DNA of 64,000 bases, from assembly GCA_963838095.1 (NCBI GenBank), contig CAWIPO010000010.1, positions 25,423 through 89,422 of the forward strand, given 5' to 3'. This document shows, piece after piece, positions 36,755 to 44,872 of this stretch (within the stretch, counting starts at the first letter, position 1; every line of letters starts with the position of its first letter). The notes beneath the pieces are model-generated. The model was not told the DNA's origin. It ran no database searches and saw nothing but the letters and a program-made list of their open reading frames with translations. The DNA is from an uncultured Thermoleophilia bacterium (GTDB lineage Bacteria > Actinomycetota > Thermoleophilia > Solirubrobacterales > 70-9). The position numbers and the translations under genes were made by a program.

Positions 36755-38290
36755 ATGGACGTTCGTGCCTCGTGCCGCTGGCGTTGCTGGCTGCGCTGGC
36801 GCTGCCGAGCGCCGCGGCCGCCTATCCAGCCGTTGGCGTGACCGACCTCGCCGGCGACTCACTCGTCAGCCTCGACACCGCCAACCCGGCGTCGTTCACC
36901 AGCGTGCGGCCGATATCGGGCCTTGCGGCGGGGGAGCGGATCGTCGGGATCGATTACCGGAACGCGCCGGACCCGGTGAACGCCCCGGGAGCCACCCCGC
37001 GGTTGTTCGCGCTCGCGGTCGACGGCAACGGCACCGGGACGAATGCGCGCCTGTACACGGTCGACCCGGGTACGGGAGCAGCGACCGCCGTCGGTGCAGG
37101 TGCTTTCTCGTTCTCCACCGCCTCACCCGCACACGCTTTCGGGTTCGACTTCAACCCCAGGGTGGATCGGATCAGAGCGGTCAACGCCAGCGACGAGAAC
37201 ATGCGGGCCAACCCCAACAACGGCGGCCGCGCCGATTTCCCGGCTAACGACACCGACCTCAACCCCGCCGGGCAGCAGGTGAGCGCGATCGCGTACGACC
37301 GCGTTTCGGAGACCTTCTTGGGAGTACCGAACACCTCGACCGTGTACGGGATCAACCCGGTCACCGACATGCTGGTCACCGTCGGCGGAATCAACGGGAG
37401 TCCGAGCCCGAACGGCGGCGGCGTCTTCGGCATCGGCGGGCTGACCGTGAACGCCGCTTCGGGGGCGAGCATCAACCTCGATATCGCGCTCGACGGGACC
37501 GCCTACGCGACGATGACCGTCGGCGGCAACAGCGGCCTCTACACCGTCAACCTCACGTCCGGGGCGGCGACCCTGATCGCGAACATGGCGAATCCTCTGC
37601 GGGCGTTCGCCGTAGTGCCCGACTCGAGCGTGCAGTTCTCCGCCGAGGCGTTGACGCAGGCCGAGGGCGGCACCGCGACGGTGACGGTGACCCGCACCGG
37701 CTCGCTCGCCTCGACACAAACCGTCGGCTACGAGACCACGGCCGGTACAGCATCCGGCGACAACGACTTCACGCCGGTCTCGGGCAGGCTCAGCTTCGCC
37801 CCCGACGAGGCCGAGAAGAGCTTCGAGCTGCCGACCACGGCCGACTCCGTCGACGAGCCCGACGAGACGGTCGGCGTGCAGCTCACCTCACCCGACGCCC
37901 TGATCTCCGCTCGGCTCGCCCTCCAGCGCCACCTTGACCATCACCGATGGCGACACGACAGCCCCGAGGGTGAAGCTGAGGGGGTTCAGGAAGAAACTGA
38001 CGCTCGACGAGTTCCTGAAGGGGCTGAAGCTGAGGCTGACCCCCGATGAGGAGGCGGCGTTCAGGCTGACGCTGATCCGGGTGGGCGGCGGAGGCGGGAA
38101 ACGGGCGATGGCGGTGCTGGTGTCGCGGTCGCTGAAGCTCGCGTCCGGGACCCGCCGGGTGACCCTGAAGCCGAAGCCGGGGCGCGTCGGCGAGCCGAAG
38201 CAGGCGTTCAAGGTGAGGCTGAAGATCGGCGCCACCGACGCCGCCGGCAACAAGACCCTGATCCGGCGGAAGATCAGGGTCGCCCCATAG
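36755..38290 (+). pseudogene. secreted DUF4394 domain protein with a C-terminal Calx-beta domain; frameshifts near 36758 and 37910
   Basis: ATG 36755 follows GGGAGGG. The signal peptide (G)RSCLVPLALLAALALPSAAAA is one base out of frame with the ATG. DUF4394-like sequence follows (IVGIDYRNA...GFDFNPRVDRIRAV...). The Calx-beta part is FSAEALTQAEGGTATVTVTRTG...DNDFTPVSGRLSFAPDE..., and its tail SATLTITDGD continues in ORF 37934..38290. Confidence 0.7.
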
Positions 38291-39527
38291 CCAGCACCTG
38301 CTCGGCGGCGGCGCGGCCGCTGCGGATCGCGCCCTCCATCAAGCCGTTGAACGGGCCTCCCATGTGCTCGCCGGCGAAGAGGAGCGGGCCGACCGGCTCG
38401 GCGAGTGCGGCGAGGCGGCCGGGCTCCGGCGAGATCGAGTAGGCGGCGCCGACCCACGGGTCGTCGTCCCACGTGGAGAGCACCGCGCGCTCAGGCTCGA
38501 GCGCGAGGTCGGGGCGCAGGCGGGCGAGCGAGCCGAGCCAGGTCTCCGGTCCCTCGGCCACCCGCAGGTTTCCGAGCGCCGCCGGCGAGCCGCTGAAGCA
38601 GCTCACCACCGGCATCGGCGCCCCGCCGGGACCCGTCGCCGTCCAGCACCAGTAGCGCTCGGGGACGCTCATCACCGCGCCCACCGGCACCGGTTCCGCC
38701 AGCGGCACGAACAGCTTCGCCGCGTGGCCGTAGCGGACCGAGGCGAGCGCGTCGGTCTTCGCCGCCGGCAGCGGCGGGTCGAAGGCGATCCGACCGGTAA
38801 CCGCGGCGGGAACCGCGACCACGCAGGCATCGGCGAGGAGCTCGTCGCCGCGCTCCGGAGCGACCCGTACCCGCGGCCCCGATGCACGCTCGCCCTCACC
38901 GCCCCAGCCGATCGCGGTCACCGGGCTCGAAAGCAGGACGGCATCACCGAGCCCCGCCGCCAGCCCCAGCGACAGTCCCTGGTTTCCGCCGGCGACGCCC
39001 GGCGCGGGCGTGGTGTCGATGTGCGCGATGCCGGTGAAGTCGGTGGCGGGGATGTCGTCGGCCGAGCTGGCGGAGGAGATCTCCGCGCGGGCGAGGATCG
39101 CCTCGCGGGCGCCGGGGTCGAGCTCGAGCGAGTCGAGCAGCTCCCGGATCGAGGGGCGTCCGTCGAGACCGGCGGCGATCGCGCGATCGACGACGCGAAC
39201 GGCGCCGGCGAGCGCTTCGGCGCTCGTCCCGATCCCGCCTCGAGGCTCGCGCTCGCCGTAGCGCATGCCCTTGTCCCAGAGCCTGAGCCCGAGGTCCGCG
39301 GCCAGCTCGCGCACGGCGGTGTTGCCGGCGAGGATGAACTCGGCCCCCATCTCGACCACCGATCCGTTGGCGAGCTCCCGAGACCATGTTCGCCCGCCCA
39401 CGCGATCGCGGGCCTCGAGCACCGCTACTTCGATCCCGGCAGCGGCGAGCGCGTCCGCCGCCGACAGCCCGGCGAGTCCGGCGCCGACGACGACCGCCCG
39501 CTCCACCTTCGAGCCCGTCGCCGGCAT
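38274..39527 (-). CDS. flavin-containing amine oxidase (no signal peptide)
   Basis: ORF 38274..39527: VVVGAGLAGLSAADALAAAGIEVAVLEARDRVGGR...FAGEH. The frame is intact. Confidence 0.85.
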   Translation of the reverse strand: MPATGSKVERAVVVGAGLAGLSAADALAAAGIEVAVLEARDRVGGRTWSRELANGSVVEMGAEFILAGNTAVRELAADLGLRLWDKGMRYGEREPRGGIGTSAEALAGAVRVVDRAIAAGLDGRPSIRELLDSLELDPGAREAILARAEISSASSADDIPATDFTGIAHIDTTPAPGVAGGNQGLSLGLAAGLGDAVLLSSPVTAIGWGGEGERASGPRVRVAPERGDELLADACVVAVPAAVTGRIAFDPPLPAAKTDALASVRYGHAAKLFVPLAEPVPVGAVMSVPERYWCWTATGPGGAPMPVVSCFSGSPAALGNLRVAEGPETWLGSLARLRPDLALEPERAVLSTWDDDPWVGAAYSISPEPGRLAALAEPVGPLLFAGEHMGGPFNGLMEGAIRSGRAAAEQVLAMGRP

Positions 39528-39534
39528 CGCTTTC

Positions 39535-40638
39535 CTACGCGAGCGACTGCAGGAAGATGATCGCGACGCCGGCGAAGTAGAGCCCGGTCAGCCACGCGAG
39601 GCCGCGGCGGTCGGCGCGGACGGCGCTGGTGATGTCGCCGGTCGCGTCGACCCACGAGTTGCGCACGATCACCGCCATCGTCAAGACGACGAACCCGTAG
39701 CTGAGGATGTAGAGCTTGTCGAGCAGGATCAGGTAGTCGACCTCGGGCAGGCTGGAGTTACTGGTCAGCTGCAGGGCGACCAGCGTCAGCAGCGCGGTGA
39801 TCCCGATCCCGATCCGGCCCTCGACGAACTGCGGATGTACCAACAGCGACAGCGTCGCGGTCAGCGCGACGAGCAGCATCGGCAGCAGCAGCTTCAACGC
39901 GTACGTGCCCTTCGGCCGGCTGACGGGAAGGTCGAAGACGGCGCGCGAGTACGTCGCCCCGCCCGCGAATCGGGGGTCGCCGAAATCGGTGTCGTAGGTG
40001 TTGTCGACCACGGTCAGGGTCGGATCGCCGATGTCCCAGCCCGGGATGGTGAGGCTGTCGGTGAGCGAGATCGGATCGTTGTCCGGCTCGAACACAGTCC
40101 CGCTGACGTCGGCGGTCGTGTCCTCGATCTCGACCCGCAGGTGCTGGGTGTCGAACGGGTACTGCTCGAGTGGGAGCTTGGTGTTGAACTTGCCCTGGAT
40201 GCGGAGTACCTGGTAGAGCGTGCCGTCGTCGAGCACCTCCGGCTTCGATGTCTCGTAGCTGAGGATGTGACCCCAGAGCTCGAACGCGTTCATGAACTCG
40301 AACGAGCGCGCGGGGTCGATGTCCGGGTTGGTCCACTTGAACCAGATGTACATGTCGACGTTGTAGGAATGCGACTGCAGATCGAGCTGCTGAATGTCGT
40401 TGATCAGCCCGCCGATGCGGACGACGTCGGGCGCGTCGGCGGCGGGGTCGGCGCCATCGGCGCCTTCTGAGCGCTCGGGGCTGAGGCGGTCGCTGTTATC
40501 CGCGGCGCCCTGGGGCGGGCCGCTGTCGCCGCCCCCGTCCTGCCCGGTGGCATCGCCGGTGAACGAGGGGATCGCGACTGCCGCCGCGATCGCACAGGCG
40601 AAGACAACAGCTAGCAGCCGCGCAGCCCGTCGTCCCAT
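39535..40638 (-). CDS. prokaryotic pentameric ligand-gated ion channel (Cys-loop receptor superfamily homolog)
   Basis: C-terminal 367 aa of ORF 39535..41118. ATG 40638 follows GGGAGA. It has a signal peptide, an acidic linker, an ectodomain (YNVDMYIWFKWTNPDID, LEQYPFDTQHLRVEIE), then M1 to M3 (YALKLLLPMLLVALTATLSLL, RIGIGITALLTLVALQLTS, LILLDKLYILSYGFVVLTMAVIV), a short loop and M4. Confidence 0.8.
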   Translation of the reverse strand: MGRRAARLLAVVFACAIAAAVAIPSFTGDATGQDGGGDSGPPQGAADNSDRLSPERSEGADGADPAADAPDVVRIGGLINDIQQLDLQSHSYNVDMYIWFKWTNPDIDPARSFEFMNAFELWGHILSYETSKPEVLDDGTLYQVLRIQGKFNTKLPLEQYPFDTQHLRVEIEDTTADVSGTVFEPDNDPISLTDSLTIPGWDIGDPTLTVVDNTYDTDFGDPRFAGGATYSRAVFDLPVSRPKGTYALKLLLPMLLVALTATLSLLVHPQFVEGRIGIGITALLTLVALQLTSNSSLPEVDYLILLDKLYILSYGFVVLTMAVIVRNSWVDATGDITSAVRADRRGLAWLTGLYFAGVAIIFLQSLA

Positions 40639-40682
40639 CGCGTCAGTCTCCCACTTCGGGGAGAGGTCGCCAGGTGTGGGGG

Positions 40683-41642
40683 TCAGGACCCGGAGTAGCC
40701 GACCGCCCCGATACCCGGGAGCACCGGCACGCACGGTGGGTCCGGTGCGCGCTTCGGGTCGAGGGCGCGGTGGATGAACCCGGCGGTGACCGGGTCCGCC
40801 GCCACGGCGAGGTGCTCGGCGAGGTCCTGCTCGCAGTAGTCCTGCAGGACTACGTTTGTGATCCCGGGGCCGGGCTCCATCAGCCCGCTCGTGTACGGGA
40901 TCACGAGCTGGTCGTAGCGGGTGACGATGTTGGTGTAGGTGACGCCCGCCGCCGCGACGCCGCCCTCGTTCATCTTCTCGAGGAAGTTCGAGCCATGGAC
41001 GAACTGCGGGCAGGAGCGGCAGTAGTCCTGGAACAGCGGGTAGGCGTTCTCGTCGATCCCGAACGCCCGCGCGAGCTCGGCGAGGACGAATGCGCCACCG
41101 AGCTGGGTGCCGTCCCACAGCGTTGTCAGCCCGACGTAGTCGTCGATCTTGCGGGCGCCGTCGAGGAACTTGACGTAGTAGTTCGGCATCAGGCTGCCCT
41201 CGGAATGGCCGACGATGTCTACCTCCTCGGCGCCGGTCGCCCGCAGCACTTTGTTGACGAAGCGCTTCAGCTCCCTGGAGCTGCGCTCCATTCGCTCCAG
41301 CCCGCCGGGCCGGTAGTACTTGCCTGGGGCCTCGACGCCCTCGATGCGGCCATAGGTGAGAGAGAACACGCAGTAGCCGCGATTGAAGAGGAAGGGCGAG
41401 ATCGTCTGCCAGTTGACCGTCTGGTTGGCGACCAGGCCGTGCGTGAGGATGACCGGGTCGGGATGGCGCTTGCGCGGCTTGCAGTCGAAGTCGTTCGAGC
41501 CGGGCGGGGAGAGATCGGGGTTCTCCTCCGAGGTCGGCGGCGCGGTGAAGGTCCAGGGCACGGGCAGCTTCTCCTTTGCCGCCGCACCGGCGGCAAGGGC
41601 GAGGGCGGCGGTGAGCGAGATCAGGCAGGCGAGGGTCTTCAC
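40683..41642 (-). CDS. secreted lipase/esterase (alpha/beta hydrolase, GHSEG)
   Basis: C-terminal 319 aa of ORF 40683..42608. GTG 41642 overlaps the upstream stop (GTGA). The signal peptide is VKTLACLISLTAALALAAGAAA, and DIVGHSEGS is present. Confidence 0.8.
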   Translation of the reverse strand: MKTLACLISLTAALALAAGAAAKEKLPVPWTFTAPPTSEENPDLSPPGSNDFDCKPRKRHPDPVILTHGLVANQTVNWQTISPFLFNRGYCVFSLTYGRIEGVEAPGKYYRPGGLERMERSSRELKRFVNKVLRATGAEEVDIVGHSEGSLMPNYYVKFLDGARKIDDYVGLTTLWDGTQLGGAFVLAELARAFGIDENAYPLFQDYCRSCPQFVHGSNFLEKMNEGGVAAAGVTYTNIVTRYDQLVIPYTSGLMEPGPGITNVVLQDYCEQDLAEHLAVAADPVTAGFIHRALDPKRAPDPPCVPVLPGIGAVGYSGS

Positions 41643-43123
41643 AACTCGGAGGTCACCTCTTCGACGACGCGCTCGCCGGAGCGCACGGCACCGTCCATGT
41701 AGCCGTTCCAGTAGGTCGAGGTCTCGGTGCCGGCCCAGTGGATGCGGCCGGACGGCTTTCGCAGCGCGGCGCCGTATTGGGTGTAGACGCCGGGAGCGGC
41801 GATTGCGGTGGGGCCGCCGCGCGTCCAGCGCTCGCGGGTCCAGTTGGACTCGAAGTAGATGTTCGGTTTCGCCGCCTTCGGCCCGAACCCGGCGACGAGG
41901 TCCGCCAGCGCTGCGCGGCGGCGCTCTGACTTGGGCATGGTGTTGAAGAGGCGCGCCTTGTCGCCTCCGGCGAAGCCGAAGATGATCCCGGGATTGCCGT
42001 CTGGCGGAGAGTCGTCGACGGTGTAGTTGATCATCCCGTCCATGTTCACCATCTGGCCGTTGAGCCCGTCCTCGCGCCAGAACGGGGTGTCGTAGACGAC
42101 CCCGACCTTGTTCAGCGCTCCCTGAGGCAGGCGCTGCATCAGCATGTCGCGTCCGACGGGCAGCCCGGGGCGGTAGTCGATCCTGCCGGCCAGGGTGGGT
42201 GGGATGGCGACGATCACCCGCTTTGCGCGCACCACACCGCGGTCGTGGTGGACGACGACTCCGCCGCCGTCCTGGACGATCCGGCGCACCGGCGCTCGCA
42301 GCATCACGCGGTCGCCGAGCTGGGCGGCGACGCGCAGCGGGATCAGGAACGAGCCGCCGTGGAAGCGCGACTCCTGGGCGCCGCCGCGGACGTTGAAGTT
42401 GCGTTCGAACGTGCCCACGTTCTCCTCGTTGCCGGAGGCGGCGATGTAGAAGAGCACGAACAGCAACGAGAGCTCGGCGGGCTCGGCGCCGAAGATCGGC
42501 CGCGTGGCCACCGGCACGATCTTGCGAAAGCGCGGGCTGGCGCTGTTGTCCCGGATCCAGGTCTCGAAGGTCTGGTTGTCGTACTCGATCGCGTTCGGCG
42601 CCGCCCACGGCTCGTCGACGCCGACCTCGATCGACATCTCGTTCAGCCGGGTGACTACGAGCGCCAGGTCGGGGAGGATCTGCGGATCCGGCGGCGCGGT
42701 GCCGGTGACGCCGGTGTCGCTGTATGTAGTGCGCGAGCCCTCCGCGATGTACACGTTCTCGCCCGGCACCGAGGTCTCGAAGGTGCGCACGCGCATCGCC
42801 TTGGCGAGCGCCATCAGGCGGTCCTGTGTGGGGCCGACGAACGTGCCGCCCGCCTCGGAGATGTTGCCGCCCGGAAGCTCGTGGTTCAAGACGCGCCCGC
42901 CGACCCGGTCTCGTGCTTCGAGCACGGCGACCGAATGGCCCGCGCGAACGAGGCCCCGGGCCGCTGTCAGGCCCGCGAGCCCGGCGCCGACGATTGCGAC
43001 ATCGACGGCGCGATCGCGCCGGCGCCTGGATCCGAGCGCACGCCCGCCGGGTCCCAGCAGCGTCACGGCGCCGGCGGCGCCGGCACCGATCAGCGTCCGC
43101 CGCGTCATCCCCCGTTTGCTCAT
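41639..43123 (-). CDS. flavin-containing amine oxidase with a twin-arginine (Tat) signal
   Basis: C-terminal 494 aa of ORF 41639..43606, starting at ATG 43123: MSKRGMTRRTLIGAGAAGAVTLLGPGG, then VAIVGAGLAGLTAARGL...LEARDRVGGR. Confidence 0.85.
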   Translation of the reverse strand: MSKRGMTRRTLIGAGAAGAVTLLGPGGRALGSRRRRDRAVDVAIVGAGLAGLTAARGLVRAGHSVAVLEARDRVGGRVLNHELPGGNISEAGGTFVGPTQDRLMALAKAMRVRTFETSVPGENVYIAEGSRTTYSDTGVTGTAPPDPQILPDLALVVTRLNEMSIEVGVDEPWAAPNAIEYDNQTFETWIRDNSASPRFRKIVPVATRPIFGAEPAELSLLFVLFYIAASGNEENVGTFERNFNVRGGAQESRFHGGSFLIPLRVAAQLGDRVMLRAPVRRIVQDGGGVVVHHDRGVVRAKRVIVAIPPTLAGRIDYRPGLPVGRDMLMQRLPQGALNKVGVVYDTPFWREDGLNGQMVNMDGMINYTVDDSPPDGNPGIIFGFAGGDKARLFNTMPKSERRRAALADLVAGFGPKAAKPNIYFESNWTRERWTRGGPTAIAAPGVYTQYGAALRKPSGRIHWAGTETSTYWNGYMDGAVRSGERVVEEVTSEL

Positions 43124-43147
43124 CGTTGGAATTATGGTCTGCCGAGC

Positions 43148-43816
43148 ATGTTCGAGCGCCAGCGGGAGGAGGTTGCAGATGCCGCGCGCCGGCTGGCCGC
43201 CGAAGGCCTGCTTGTCGGCACGGCCGGGAACGTGAGCGCGCGCGTGGGCGAGTCGATAGCGGTCACGCCCACCGGCGCGGTTCTCGGCGAGCTCGAGCCG
43301 AGCCAGGTGACGGTCGTCGATCCGTCGGGCGCGGTGGTCGAGGGAGAGCTCGAGGCGACGTCCGAGCTCGACCTGCACCTGGGGATCTACTCCCGTTACG
43401 ACGCCGGCGCAGTGGTGCACACGCACGCGCCGATCGCAACGGCGCTCTCGTGCGTCATCGACGAGCTGCCCTGCATCCACTACCAGATGCTCTTGCTCGG
43501 CGGGGACGTTCGCGTCGCGCGCTACGAGACGTTCGGGACCCCGGAGCTGGCGCAGTCGGTGCTGGATGCGCTCGAGGGGAGAACCGCCGCGCTGATGGCG
43601 AACCACGGCGCGATTGCGTTCGGCTCCGATCTCGGGGAGGCCGTGGAGCGAACGCTGCTGCTCGAATGGGCGTGCTCGGTGTATCTGAGAGCGGCGGCGC
43701 TGGGGACGCCGCGGGTCCTCGACGCGGAGCAGCAGCAGGCGGTGGTGGAGGCGGCGATCGCGCGCGGGTATGGATCGACGAGGAAGATCGACGAGGGGAA
43801 GGGCGCGGGAGCTTGA
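43148..43816 (+). CDS. class II aldolase/adducin family protein
   Basis: C-terminal 222 aa of ORF 42245..43816, starting at ATG 43148: GTAGNVSARV...AVVHTHAP...MANHGAIAFG. Confidence 0.85.
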   Translation: MFERQREEVADAARRLAAEGLLVGTAGNVSARVGESIAVTPTGAVLGELEPSQVTVVDPSGAVVEGELEATSELDLHLGIYSRYDAGAVVHTHAPIATALSCVIDELPCIHYQMLLLGGDVRVARYETFGTPELAQSVLDALEGRTAALMANHGAIAFGSDLGEAVERTLLLEWACSVYLRAAALGTPRVLDAEQQQAVVEAAIARGYGSTRKIDEGKGAGA

Positions 43817-44757
43817 AGGCGATCGCGATGGGGGTGCACGTGCTCGACGTCCTGGTGCGGCCGGTCGAGCGGATCCCCGAGGGGCAGGGCGGCCAGCTCG
43901 TCGACGAGATCCGGGTCACCGCCGCGGGGTCGGCTGGTGGAACGGCGATCGTGCTCGCGAAGCTGGGCGCCGAGGTGCGAAGCGCGGGCGCGATCGGCAC
44001 CGATGCGGTTGGCGAGATGCTGCTCGGCCTGCTCGCGCGCGAAGGGATCGACACGGCGCTGCTCGTGCGCCGCACCGACGTCCAGACCTCGGCCAGCGTG
44101 CTCCCGATCCGGCCCAGCGGCGAGCGGCCCGCGTTTCACGTGATCGGCGCCAACGGCACCTACGGTCCGGCGGACGTGCCCCTGGATCAGCTCGAAAGCG
44201 CCAGCCACCTGCACCTCGGCGGGCCCGAGTTCATGGGAGGCGAGGCGGCGGCGCGGATCCTCACCCACGCCCGCGAGCACGGCGTGACCACGTCCGCCGA
44301 CATCCTCGCGCCGGGAGAGCAGGCGGCCGAAATCCTCGACTGGATCGCGCCCGCCTTCGAGCACCTCGACTACCTGCTGCCGAACGACGATCAGGTGTTG
44401 GGGCTGACGGGCGCCGGCGATCTGGAGGCGGGCTGCAGGGCGCTGCTCGAGCGCGGGGTGGGGTGCGTGGCGGCGACGTGCGGCGCGGACGGCGCGGTAG
44501 TCGTTAGCACCGAGGGGGTGGAGCGGGTGCCGGCGTTCGAAATCGATGTGGTTGACACGACCGGCTGCGGCGACGCGTTCTCCGCCGGGTTCCTGCGTGG
44601 GCTCAGCCTCGGCCGGACCCGGCGCGAGGCCGCGGTGCTGGGCTGCGCGGTGGCGGCGATCGTCGCGCAGGGGCTCGGCAGCGACCACGGTGAGTTCGAT
44701 CTCGCGGCGGTGGATGACTTTGCGGGCTCGACGCCTGTGCGAGGCACGAACGGATAG
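43813..44757 (+). CDS. PfkB family carbohydrate kinase
   Basis: C-terminal part of ORF 42826..44757. A TTG at 43813 overlaps the aldolase stop; an alternative ATG is at 43828. The motif VVDTTGCGDAFSAGFL is present. Confidence 0.85.
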   Translation: MKAIAMGVHVLDVLVRPVERIPEGQGGQLVDEIRVTAAGSAGGTAIVLAKLGAEVRSAGAIGTDAVGEMLLGLLAREGIDTALLVRRTDVQTSASVLPIRPSGERPAFHVIGANGTYGPADVPLDQLESASHLHLGGPEFMGGEAAARILTHAREHGVTTSADILAPGEQAAEILDWIAPAFEHLDYLLPNDDQVLGLTGAGDLEAGCRALLERGVGCVAATCGADGAVVVSTEGVERVPAFEIDVVDTTGCGDAFSAGFLRGLSLGRTRREAAVLGCAVAAIVAQGLGSDHGEFDLAAVDDFAGSTPVRGTNG

Positions 44758-44766
44758 CACCCAGGG
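44745..44766 (-). repeat. intergenic motif copy (reverse orientation, degenerate): CACGAACGGATAGCACCCAGGG
   Basis: It contains the PfkB TAG stop and forms the left arm of an inverted pair with 44850-44868. Confidence 0.5.
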
Positions 44767-44849
44767 AAGGGGCTCGAGCGGGCACCGGCCAGCATCGGCG
44801 ACTTCTCTTCGGTATGCGGAGACAACTCGCCAATCCTCCGAATTTACCC

Positions 44850-44868
44850 CCCTCGGTGCTGCCGTTCG
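44850..44868 (+). repeat. intergenic motif copy (forward orientation): CCCTCGGTGCTGCCGTTCG
   Basis: It ends 4 nt before the FGGY kinase stop (44873). Confidence 0.65.
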
Positions 44869-44872
44869 GGAG

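Noticed and set aside
39535-41118. N-terminal 160 aa of ORF 39535..41118, and likewise the N-terminal parts of ORFs 40683..42608 and 41639..43606
   Set aside because: The Arg/Pro-rich extensions overlap the upstream genes. The internal starts (ATG 40638, GTG 41642, ATG 43123) are preceded by an RBS or a start-stop overlap and give proper signal peptides.
43124-43147. A gap of only 24 bp between the divergent amine oxidase and aldolase start codons, suggesting leaderless transcripts or a mis-called start
   Set aside because: This cannot be resolved from sequence. An alternative oxidase start (ATG 43108) widens the gap slightly. It is not informative by itself.
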